Positions 19,549-26,959 of a DNA stretch of 42,547 nucleotides are shown here, one piece after another (positions within the stretch are counted from its first letter, which is position 1; each line of letters begins with the position of its first letter). The notes under the pieces were generated by a model. That model was not told the origin of the DNA, did not search any database, and saw nothing but the letters and a program-made list of their open reading frames with translations. Position numbers and translations under genes: made by a program. This DNA is from an uncultured Verrucomicrobiota bacterium (GTDB lineage: Bacteria > Verrucomicrobiota > CALLYA01): assembly GCA_937875495.1 (NCBI GenBank), contig CALLYA010000181.1, forward strand, positions 1 through 42,547, given 5' to 3'.

Positions 19549-20859
19549 TCAACCCTCCGCGTACGGCAACACCCACGGTGCACGGTAGTTCGCACGCACC
19601 AGCGCATTCGCCGCCGGGTTGTCCTTCGCCGTCTCCGTCTCGGCGTCCCAGTGGATCTCGCTCGCCGTTCGGAATGCCAGGTTCCCCAGATGCGCCACCG
19701 TCGAGACAAAATGCCCCAGCTCCAGATGCTCCACCGGCTGCTCGCGCGTCTTCACGCAGTCCAGGAAGTTGCGAACATGCGCCGGGCGCGGATCCGAACT
19801 CGCCTCCGCACGGTACGCCTCAATCGATTTCCGGCTCGGCTCCGGCTCCACCCACCAGCCCGAATCATCAATCGTTAACGTCCCCTCCGAACCGGTGAAG
19901 CTCATCCCATGCTCCTTCCCGTTCGGTCCGTGCCGTATCCCTACCGAATGCTCGTAGATCAAACTGTAGTCCGGGAAGTCATAAACCGTGATCTGCGTGT
20001 CCGGCGTCTCACGATTGTCACGCAAGGCGTGCATCCCACCCGAGGAACTCACCCGGCGCGGCGTCTCCGGACCCATTGCCCACAGACATACATTCAGCAG
20101 ATGCACCCCCCAGTCCGTCATCAGCCCGCCCGCATAGTCCCAAAACCACCTGAAATTAAAGTGAAAGCGGTTCGGGTTGAACGGGCGCTTCGGGGTCGGG
20201 CCCAGCCACATGTCATAGTCCACTCCCTCCGGCGGATCGCAGTCCTCCGGATTGCCGATGTCGTTCAGCCAGTCAAGATAGGCCCAGGCTCGCACCACCC
20301 TGATCTTGCCCAGATGCCCGCTCTGAATGATCTCCACCGCGTCCTTGAACTGTTTGCCGCTGCGCCATTGCGTCCCCATCTGCACGACCCGGTTGTGGCG
20401 CTGCATCGCACGTACCATCGCACGCCCCTCCTGGATCGTCGGTGCCAGCGGTTTTTCCACATACACATCCTTGCCCGCCTGGCAGCCGTAAATCGTCGGC
20501 AGCGCATGCCAGTGATCCGGCGTCGCAACCAGCAGCACATCCACATCCTCGCGCTCGATCACCCGCCGGAAGTCCTTGACCGTCTCCGGCGCCCGGCCAC
20601 GCCGCTCCTCCACCAGCTTCACCGTTCCCTCCAACATCGCATCGTCCACGTCGCAGATCACCGGACACTCCGTCTCCGGGTTCATGAAGAAAGTCGCCAG
20701 ATCCCCCCGTCCCATACCGCCGCAGCCGATTAGCCCCACCCGCACCCGCTCGCTCGCCGGTACCTCGCCCAATGCCCCCGCCGCACCAAACAACAGCGGC
20801 ATACCAGCCACAACAACCGACGAATCCCGCAAAAACCCACGCCTGGTCATGCTCATCAC
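19549..20859 (-). CDS. Gfo/Idh/MocA-family oxidoreductase with Tat signal
   Basis: TRRGFLRDS twin-arginine signal and a Rossmann motif VGLIGCGGMG. The C-terminal alpha/beta domain is typical of the family. Confidence 0.85.
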   Translation of the reverse strand: MMSMTRRGFLRDSSVVVAGMPLLFGAAGALGEVPASERVRVGLIGCGGMGRGDLATFFMNPETECPVICDVDDAMLEGTVKLVEERRGRAPETVKDFRRVIEREDVDVLLVATPDHWHALPTIYGCQAGKDVYVEKPLAPTIQEGRAMVRAMQRHNRVVQMGTQWRSGKQFKDAVEIIQSGHLGKIRVVRAWAYLDWLNDIGNPEDCDPPEGVDYDMWLGPTPKRPFNPNRFHFNFRWFWDYAGGLMTDWGVHLLNVCLWAMGPETPRRVSSSGGMHALRDNRETPDTQITVYDFPDYSLIYEHSVGIRHGPNGKEHGMSFTGSEGTLTIDDSGWWVEPEPSRKSIEAYRAEASSDPRPAHVRNFLDCVKTREQPVEHLELGHFVSTVAHLGNLAFRTASEIHWDAETETAKDNPAANALVRANYRAPWVLPYAEG

Positions 20860-20944
20860 ACATCCCCCTTATCCATTCACCCAAAACAAGATCGAGAAAA
20901 CCAGATAATGCGCCTGACCCACTACCCCAATCAATGAAATTAAA

Positions 20945-20993
20945 CCGCCGGGGGCCGGAAGCCTGAGGCCAAGGCCCCAGGCGAGGTCGGGGG
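20945..20993 (+). repeat. REP-like GC-rich hairpin element, copy 4
   Basis: CCGCCGGGGGCCGGAAGCCTGAGGCC-aa-GGCCCCAGGCGAGGTCGGGGG, in a divergent promoter spacer. Confidence 0.6.
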
Positions 20994-20997
20994 CAAT

Positions 20998-21033
20998 CCT
21001 GTCCCCCCTGTCCCCCCTGTCCCCCCTGTCCAC
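20998..21033. repeat. 9-bp tandem repeat CCTGTCCCC x3 plus CCTGTCCAC
   Basis: Near-perfect tandem array immediately after REP-like copy 4. Confidence 0.85.
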
Positions 21034-21164
21034 AGCAACCTCCGACCTCGCGCAGGGACCGGAAGCCCCTCGCGCAGCGGCACGCCACAGTCATGCCTCA
21101 TCCCCAGGCCGACGGCGTGCAATTGAGAGAGAGATGTCCGATTCTTTGGTTGGAGGTGATTGGA

Positions 21165-22004
21165 ATGCTGGAGTTCAAGATCGATGCGGAGCGGTGTGTT
21201 CTTTGTGATGCGTGTGTTGAGGACTGTCCTGTGCGGATTATTGAGCGGACCGACGGCCTGCCGTTCATCAGGCCGGAGCGAGAGGCACATTGTCTGCGAT
21301 GCCAGCACTGTCTTGCGGTCTGCCCGGAGGCGGCGTTGTCGATCCTCGGGCGGGTCCCAGAGGCAAGCCTGGAGAGGGGACCCAATCATCTTCCGCGCAT
21401 GGAGCAGCTGGAGCGGCTGGTTCGGGGGCGCCGCAGCGTACGCCGATATCGAGATGAGAATGTGGACCCTGCGCTGATCGATTCGCTGATCGCGACCGCG
21501 GCACATGCGCCCTCGGGAGTGAATGCCCAGGGATTGGTATTTCATGTAATGGACGACCGGCAGCAGATGGAACAGTTTCGCCGGCGAGCACTTGCCGACC
21601 TGGCGGATGCGCTGGCTGCGGACCGCGTCCCGCTGCAGTTTGCCTATTTGCATGCAGCGGTGCCTGCGTACGAGAAGCATGGAGTGGACATCCTGATGCG
21701 GGGCGCGCCACACTTCCTGATCGTGGCCGCACCGGAGGCGAATCCGTGTCCCCATGAGGACATCATCATTGCACTGACCACCTTCGAGCTATTGGCGCAG
21801 AATGCGGGCCTGGGCACGGTCTGGTGCGGGATGTTGAAGATGCTTTTGGAGACACTGCCCGACCTGAAGGCCGAACTCGGTTTGACCGAAGGGTACGTCT
21901 ACTATCCAATGCTATTCGGACACCCGGCAGTCCATTATCCGCGCACGGTCCAGCGGGACGAAAGCGTAGTCATTCAGCGCTGCGCAATTACACAGCACGA
22001 CTGA
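21165..22004 (+). CDS. nitroreductase-family protein with an N-terminal 2x[4Fe-4S] ferredoxin domain
   Basis: The start at MLEFKID is preceded by GGAGGTGA. CVLCDACVEDCP and CLRCQHCLAVCP cluster motifs, then the nitroreductase core (RRSVRRY...). Confidence 0.8.
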   Translation: MLEFKIDAERCVLCDACVEDCPVRIIERTDGLPFIRPEREAHCLRCQHCLAVCPEAALSILGRVPEASLERGPNHLPRMEQLERLVRGRRSVRRYRDENVDPALIDSLIATAAHAPSGVNAQGLVFHVMDDRQQMEQFRRRALADLADALAADRVPLQFAYLHAAVPAYEKHGVDILMRGAPHFLIVAAPEANPCPHEDIIIALTTFELLAQNAGLGTVWCGMLKMLLETLPDLKAELGLTEGYVYYPMLFGHPAVHYPRTVQRDESVVIQRCAITQHD

Positions 22005-22014
22005 CGTCCCCATC

Positions 22015-22476
22015 GGCCCTCAAGCTCCATAGGTTCTCGTTGCCAGTGCGCCGTCGTTCGCCGTCACCCGCTGGCAGTAGTTCGGGGCCCGGATCGCCGA
22101 AATAGCGGTAGGTGTCCACGTTCTCGTCGTGTCGTGCTTGGGCGTGGCGGTAATGCCGAGCTGCACCGCAGGCGCAAAGTAGTCCATGATGCCGCGCCAA
22201 CTGCTCTCGTCGTTCGCGCCGCCGCGAACCGGTCCCGCCAGGCGTTCTCCTCGGCAAAGATCATCGCCCAGAGTTCGTCCGGCGTCGGATAACGCGGCAC
22301 TTGGCGTTCGGGGGGACCGGATTGACCCGGTTGACCCGATGGACCGGGGGACATATCGATTTCATAAATGCCTGGCCGTTGGTGGCATAGGCGAAGCGGA
22401 TGGCCAGCTTGCCCGCGAAGTTCTTGGCCTGCGCCGCGGGGTCGATGTGTTCGGCTCTGGTTTCGGCTTCGTTCAT
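22015..22476 (-). pseudogene. hsdR: type I restriction enzyme R-subunit remnant (multiple frameshifts, large internal deletion)
   Basis: MNEAETRAEHIDPA (canonical HsdR N-terminus), FAYATNGQ, YPTPDELW, then in other frames MDYFAPAVQLGITATPK, HDENVDTYRYFGDP and ANDGALA. The helicase motifs are spread over three frames and about 300+ aa are missing. Confidence 0.6.
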
Positions 22477-22567
22477 GGTGTTGCGGCTCCTGACCACGTT
22501 GTCCTTGTTGACCCGCTTGTCAATAGGGTCACCACGGTCAACAAGGTCACCTCTCTCTCTGTTGTTC

Positions 22568-23320
22568 TCATGCCGGCCTCGTTCCTTTGCAGGCCGGAAA
22601 GGCCGAGCAGCCCCAGAACGTGCCTTTGGCCGACTTGCGCCGACGCATGGGCTTGCCGCAGTCCGGGCAGTCGGGGGCGTCTGCGGACGTTTGCTCTCCC
22701 CGCGCCTCGATGCGCTTGGTCATCAGGCGCTCGCGGAACCCGCCGGTTTCTTCAAAGGCCTTGCCCTGTGCCGTGATCTGGCTCTTGAGCATGTTCAACG
22801 CGCGGCCAATGATAATGAGCATTGCGTTGGCCACCACCACCGCGTCGTCGTCATCGAGCCAGCGGGCGTATTTCTTGCGCTGCTCCAGCGCGTGTTTGGC
22901 CGACTCGTGGACCATGTCGTCTTTGAACGGCGGGTCATCAAGCGAAATAGCGTTGATCGCCTTGGCCTCGTGCGAATGCACCGACCACGGGAGCTGCCCG
23001 CGGTCGAGGATGAAGATCTCGTAGTCGCCCCGCAGTTCGCTGAGGCTGGCGCGGGCGACGTCGGTGAGCTTCATCTCGGTGTCTTTGGAGGTCGAGGAAC
23101 GCTCCGAACCCTCAATGATGTTCTGGCGTCCGCTACGCGCGGCCTGGGTCATCTGGTCGTATTGCCGCCCCTTGGGGTCGTAGAACTTCTCGCCCGTCGC
23201 ACGGTGATCGAAGGTCAGGAAGCGACGGCAGAACCGCAGCGTGTCGAGCTGCACAATCGTGGCCAGCGTGAACGAGTGCAGACGCCGGAACCCCCCGTGT
23301 TTGTCGAAAAGCTCAGGCAT
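22568..23320 (-). CDS. four-helix-bundle-suffix domain protein with a C-terminal topoisomerase-type C4 zinc finger
   Basis: HGGFRRLHSFTLATIVQLDTLRFC...QAARSGRQNIIEGS matches the four-helix-bundle suffix pattern. The C-terminus is CPDCGKPMRRRKSAKGTFWGCSAFPACKGT. Confidence 0.7.
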   Translation of the reverse strand: MPELFDKHGGFRRLHSFTLATIVQLDTLRFCRRFLTFDHRATGEKFYDPKGRQYDQMTQAARSGRQNIIEGSERSSTSKDTEMKLTDVARASLSELRGDYEIFILDRGQLPWSVHSHEAKAINAISLDDPPFKDDMVHESAKHALEQRKKYARWLDDDDAVVVANAMLIIIGRALNMLKSQITAQGKAFEETGGFRERLMTKRIEARGEQTSADAPDCPDCGKPMRRRKSAKGTFWGCSAFPACKGTRPA

Positions 23321-23328
23321 GGGAAACC

Positions 23329-23468
23329 CCTTGTTGGTGCGGTGACCGGACTGACCTTGGTGACATTATTGACCTTGGTGACAACATCCTCAGCGCGGTC
23401 AATCTGGTCAATCCAGTCATGCGTGTCAATGCGGTCATCACAACTCCCCCGCAAACGCCTGGTGCAGC
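23329..23468. repeat. direct repeat copy 1 (hsdS 3' end plus 5xTGAC / 5xGTCA 9-bp phased dyad array)
   Basis: TGAC at 23343, 52, 61, 70 and 79. GTCA at 23398, 407, 416, 425 and 434. Near-identical to 23521..23642 except for an 18-bp (two-unit) indel. Confidence 0.9.
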
Positions 23469-23520
23469 CGCGACTTCTTCAATGCCGCCAGCGCCGCCTG
23501 CTTTTGCGCGTCGTGGCGCT

Positions 23521-23642
23521 CCTTGTTGGTGCGGTGACCGGATTGACCCTGGTGACAACATCCTCAGCGCGGTCAATCTGGTCAATCCAGTCATGCGTGT
23601 CAATGCGGTCATCACAACTCCCCCGCAAACGCCTGGTGCAGC
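23521..23642. repeat. direct repeat copy 2 (3xTGAC / 5xGTCA)
   Basis: Same sequence as copy 1 minus two 9-bp units. Confidence 0.9.
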
Positions 23643-23935
23643 TGGTTCTTATCGGCGTTGGCTTGGGCGATGGCGAGGCCGGCAAACGCTTCGTCCAGCA
23701 CGCCGACGATCCGCCGCTGTTCCCTCTCTGATCAGTCCGACAAGAGAGAAAGCACAAACCGTATGCGACGCCCGAGTGTTCTGTACGTGGGCTTGCGGTT
23801 CTTTGTGAGGAATGTCAGCAGGAGTGCTTTGGCAGATGCCGGATCTCTTGCGATGGAAATGTTCGCTCTATCGTTCCCAGTGAATACGACGTCCAATTGT
23901 TCCGGGAACGGCGCCGAGCCGCGTTGATTTCAGCC
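23612..23935 (-). pseudogene. hsdS: type I R-M specificity-subunit remnant; its C-terminal conserved region is also duplicated at 23438..23520
   Basis: SEREQRRIVGVLDEAFAGLAIAQANADKNQLHQAFAGEL-stop is the conserved HsdS C-terminal helix. There is an in-frame TGA at 23732..23734. A second copy, ...KQAALAALKKSRLHQAFAGEL-stop, ends at 23438. Confidence 0.6.
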
Positions 23936-24011
23936 TGAAGCCCGACCGCCATTCCCGCTCGGGTTCAGCGTCTGGTTATGCGGTGTTACGCGATCCGGAT
24001 CCTGCGAACGG

Positions 24012-24710
24012 TCAGGGAAGCTGCTTCAACAGGATTTCCTTGAACTGGACCTTCATGGGAGGGCCGGAGCGGAGCTGGAGGCCGAGGATGCCCGACGCAG
24101 CAAAGTTTTTCTCATCGTTGTCGATGAATTCGGCCGAAACCTGGCCGTTGAGCTTGAGAATCATGTGGTGACCGCGGGCTATGATGTGGTAGTCGTTCCA
24201 CTCGCCCGGTTCCCTCAGGCTGACAGGTTCGCTGACAAAGGTGCAGTTGCGTTTTCCGTCGGCGTCGACCACCGTCTTGTGGCCGTTGGGGACCATCAGC
24301 GGTTCGCGGCCGGTGTACTCGTCGGCCAGGGCGCCGCACCAAGAGCCCCCGGGCAGGATATCGGCCTGGTAACCGATGCCCATCCCGTCCTTGTCGATCT
24401 TGCTGCGGAACTGAATCCCCGAGTTCCCTTGGTTCTTGGCCAGCCGAAACTTGGCCTTCAACTCGAAGTCGGCAACGTCGCCGCCCTGCCAGACAAGGAA
24501 CTGGTTCGAATTACAGGGGTTTGACTCGGTCGATTGCGCCGTGATCGCACCGTCCTGGACCGTCCAATAGCTCATGTCCGGAGCCTTCCAGCCCTCCAGT
24601 GTCTTGCCGTCGAAGATCGATTTGAACCCGTCATCTTCTCCGGCGAGCAGGGGATTCAAAAGGGTGAAGAGCAGGAGGATGCACATCGTGTAGGAGGATC
24701 GTTCTTTCAT
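24012..24710 (-). CDS. secreted DUF1080 / 3-keto-disaccharide hydrolase-domain protein
   Basis: Signal peptide, then FKSIFDGKTLEGWK...WTVQDGAI...NSGIQFRS...ILGLQL, the typical DUF1080 pattern. Confidence 0.8.
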   Translation of the reverse strand: MKERSSYTMCILLLFTLLNPLLAGEDDGFKSIFDGKTLEGWKAPDMSYWTVQDGAITAQSTESNPCNSNQFLVWQGGDVADFELKAKFRLAKNQGNSGIQFRSKIDKDGMGIGYQADILPGGSWCGALADEYTGREPLMVPNGHKTVVDADGKRNCTFVSEPVSLREPGEWNDYHIIARGHHMILKLNGQVSAEFIDNDEKNFAASGILGLQLRSGPPMKVQFKEILLKQLP

Positions 24711-24844
24711 GCGGTTGGCCTTTCTTTACCAGGGTGAAGGGTGATGAACCCACCGTCACCAGCGTTCAAAAAAGGAGACGCCAATGCGACGGGAAATGCC
24801 CCTTGGGCCACTCCTCGCCCCATTACGCTGCGGGCTGCGGGCTG

Positions 24845-25177
24845 TCAAGAGTAACCCGCAACGCTTGGTTGGGGCTGCTCGTCTTTTCCCTCCAAATCGA
24901 AATCGCTATCGGGATCGAAACCGGCTCCATAGACGTCCTGTTCTTCTCGAACTTGGTATCCTCTTCCATCCAGACGGTTGAACATGGCCGCCATACGATA
25001 GAGTTCCGTCTTGCCCCCGACTTCGGCTATGTTCAACGGGATCGATTGCCTGCCGCGAAGCCACGAGTCCCGTGTAGGGGGCTGAACGCCGTTCGCCCCC
25101 TCGGCTTTCTCGTAAACCCACGCGACATAGCCGATCGATAGTCGGTAAAAGTCCAGCTTCTCATGCCCCACCGTCAT
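24845..25177 (-). CDS. four-helix-bundle protein (23S rRNA IVS-type), short form
   Basis: HEKLDFYRLSIGYVAWVYEKA...SIPLNIAEV.GK...RGYQVREE plus an acidic FDPDSDFD tail. It sits directly after the last attC-like site. Confidence 0.6.
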   Translation of the reverse strand: MTVGHEKLDFYRLSIGYVAWVYEKAEGANGVQPPTRDSWLRGRQSIPLNIAEVGGKTELYRMAAMFNRLDGRGYQVREEQDVYGAGFDPDSDFDLEGKDEQPQPSVAGYS

Positions 25178-25223
25178 AGTGCATCGATCCCGAAATCCCC
25201 GACCCCGATCCCGATTTCGATGG

Positions 25224-25283
25224 CCCTGACGCTCAGCACCAGCCGCCGCGTACAGAGCCGTCCGCTGCATGCGGTTGTTAGGC
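25224..25283 (-). repeat. attC-like site (terminal, degenerate core)
   Basis: Minus strand GCCTAAC...GTCAGGG. The TAA of ORF 25278 lies inside GCCTAAC. Arm pairing is weak. Confidence 0.4.
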
Positions 25284-25661
25284 TGGCAACTCCCACGCAC
25301 GCAAGCCCTCTCCACAAGTGCAGTTCTTCTGGTACCAATGAGTAGGAGCACCACAGGCCGTGCATGACCATTCAAGGGCCTGCCGTTCGAGCCAGACCTG
25401 AATGCCGTGTTCTTGGATGAACTGAAGGTTGGGAGACATGGACCAGTGATGCGGCCATTTGTCATTCATGAAGTCAGCCAACCGCGGGCATGGGTAGTCG
25501 GCGCAGAAGCAACATGCCTCTAAGCTCTTGTCCTTAGCACAATGCCTGAACTCACATGTTTTTACGTGGTCGTCAATTAAGCCACTTCGGCATCCATGGC
25601 AGTCTTCAGCACCACATGCCCCGCAGTAGAGCCCACATGGTCCGAATTGACCGGTCTTCAT
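25278..25661 (-). CDS. DUF3795-like Cys-rich protein (cassette)
   Basis: CGLYCGACGAEDCHGC...CEFRHC...CCFCADYPC pattern. Confidence 0.65.
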   Translation of the reverse strand: MKTGQFGPCGLYCGACGAEDCHGCRSGLIDDHVKTCEFRHCAKDKSLEACCFCADYPCPRLADFMNDKWPHHWSMSPNLQFIQEHGIQVWLERQALEWSCTACGAPTHWYQKNCTCGEGLRAWELPA

Positions 25662-25677
25662 CTGGTTCCTCCTTTCA

Positions 25678-25751
25678 GCCGGACGTGGAGGTCACTCGTT
25701 TCCGAAAGGTGCGCATTTCGGAGATCGAGTAGACCTCACTCATTGTTCGAC
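25678..25751 (-). repeat. attC-like site
   Basis: Minus strand GTCGAAC-aatga-GTGAGGTCTACTCG...CGAGTGACCTCCAC-GTCCGGC. It has a 13-14 bp stem but non-canonical cores. Confidence 0.45.
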
Positions 25752-26147
25752 GATTCCATGTCCTGTCTTTCGTGGGGGATTCGGAGTTCCTCCGCATAAC
25801 TTGATTGCCTTCTCCAATTCATATTGACACAAATCCTTGTCGTGGTCACACAGCTCGCCTGTGTAGAGGGCCTCCAGGGCCGGGAGCGCTTTGGGGTCAC
25901 GCAGTTGCCCGAGGGTCCAGACACCGCGATGGGTGCGATCCCAAAGGGAATGGGATTCTGAGTTCATGAATTCGATCACTGCCGCAACATCGTCTCCAGG
26001 GTGAGGATGTGCGTTCTGGGCACTCTGGCAATTCAGCCGGACACACTGGCGAATGTGCCACATGATTCCGGCGAGTGCGCCGGCGCCGAGGAGCACGCCT
26101 ATGACAACGACGCTCCCAATGACTTTCAGGATTCGTTTCCTCATCAT
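25740..26147 (-). CDS. membrane-anchored HEAT/PBS-lyase-repeat-like protein (cassette)
   Basis: N-terminal TM helix. GVWTLGQLRDPKALPALEAL resembles a HEAT_2 repeat. Confidence 0.5.
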   Translation of the reverse strand: MMRKRILKVIGSVVVIGVLLGAGALAGIMWHIRQCVRLNCQSAQNAHPHPGDDVAAVIEFMNSESHSLWDRTHRGVWTLGQLRDPKALPALEALYTGELCDHDKDLCQYELEKAIKLCGGTPNPPRKTGHGIVEQ

Positions 26148-26156
26148 GCTCCTTCC

Positions 26157-26257
26157 GTCGAACGACTCGGATCAGGCGAGCGCAAAAGCGGCACACCAAC
26201 GCTGGAAATAGCCCCCGAAACCGCGCCGCCCGGTTCGCCTGGAAGCGATGGTTAGGC
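26157..26257 (-). repeat. attC-like site (101 bp)
   Basis: Minus strand AAAATGGCCTAAC...GTTCGAC, followed by GGAAGGAGcatgATG of the next ORF. Confidence 0.55.
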
Positions 26258-26685
26258 CATTTTATGCCCGTTCCAGATCCTATGCCGCGCCTCCTTGAAC
26301 TCCGGGGCGTCGCAGGAGGTTGGCTGGAGCCAATTAGATATGACCCCATTTTTCTCTCCTCGATGTTCGGGGATTCACTTCCTCCGGCTTCATCACATAC
26401 CGGTTTGGTTCTTTCCCACGTTGTTGATGATTACCCAGTAGTCTCCTGTGATCCTTTCAAGGCTGTTTCCAAGCGGCACCGGATTCCGTTTGGATAGCGC
26501 CTTTTCTTGGACTCCGTTCCGCTCTTGTTGTATGCGATTGCGTCGACGATGCCTCCCGCGTTGCGGGCAGTCTGCATTACCTTCCAGCCCATGCAGGAGA
26601 GCCGGTACCAGGCGTAGTACATGCCGATGTTGCCCGTAACTTGCGTTTCCAGCTTCATGTCGTCCGAAAAGTAAGGCGCTTTCAC
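26252..26685 (-). pseudogene. PD-(D/E)xK-like nuclease-fold gene with at least 2 frameshifts (cassette)
   Basis: GNIGMYYAWYRLSCMGWKVMQTARNAGGI.DAIAYNKSG in frame 1, QEKALSKRNPVPLGNSLERITGDYWVIINNVG in frame 2 and EKNGVISNWLQPTSCDAPEFKEARHRIWNGHKMA-stop in frame 3. The fold call is tentative. Confidence 0.4.
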
Positions 26686-26690
26686 ACCCA

Positions 26691-26860
26691 GGCCTTCCCC
26701 TATCCGGATCGGGAGTGCCAGCCTCCCCCAAAGGGCCCAGAGGACGCGGTGGCGTTTTCGAACAATGCTTCCGCGGCGAGCACGATTCCCCCCCCTTCCC
26801 TCGATTAACTCGACGACACCGAGCTTGCTTCTCCTTCTACCTTTTCGGACGTCCTATAGC
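26691..26860 (+). repeat. mosaic dispersed repeat, copy E (partial) inside a cassette
   Basis: GGCCTTCCCCTATCCGGATCGGGAG...AGAGGACGCGGTGGCGTTTTCGAAC matches 41880..41935. CCTTTTCGGACGTCCTATAG matches the TTTCGGACGACCTCTAG module. Confidence 0.6.
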
Positions 26861-26959
26861 TTCATGTTCCCCCTCTAGGCCTAACGAAAAGGTCAGGCAC
26901 AGCCACTGGCAGCCGCACTCGCGACTGAAACCACAGTGTTGTTCCGTCTGATACTCATG

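Noticed and set aside
20273-21094. 273-aa minus-strand ORF across the divergent spacer
   Set aside because: It overlaps the Gfo/Idh/MocA gene in another frame and reads through the CCTGTCCCC tandem repeat, giving GQGGQGGQGG. Its composition is typical of non-coding high-GC sequence.
23329-23642. Possible CRISPR array (two ~130-bp direct repeats separated by 52 bp)
   Set aside because: There are only two copies, and the repeats are far longer than CRISPR repeats. They consist of an hsdS 3' end plus phased 9-mers. No cas genes or leader are present.
22400-23731. 443-aa plus-strand ORF spanning the R-M remnant region
   Set aside because: It runs antisense through the four-helix-bundle-suffix gene and through both copies of the 9-bp arrays. 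Its repeated peptide segments simply reflect the DNA duplication.
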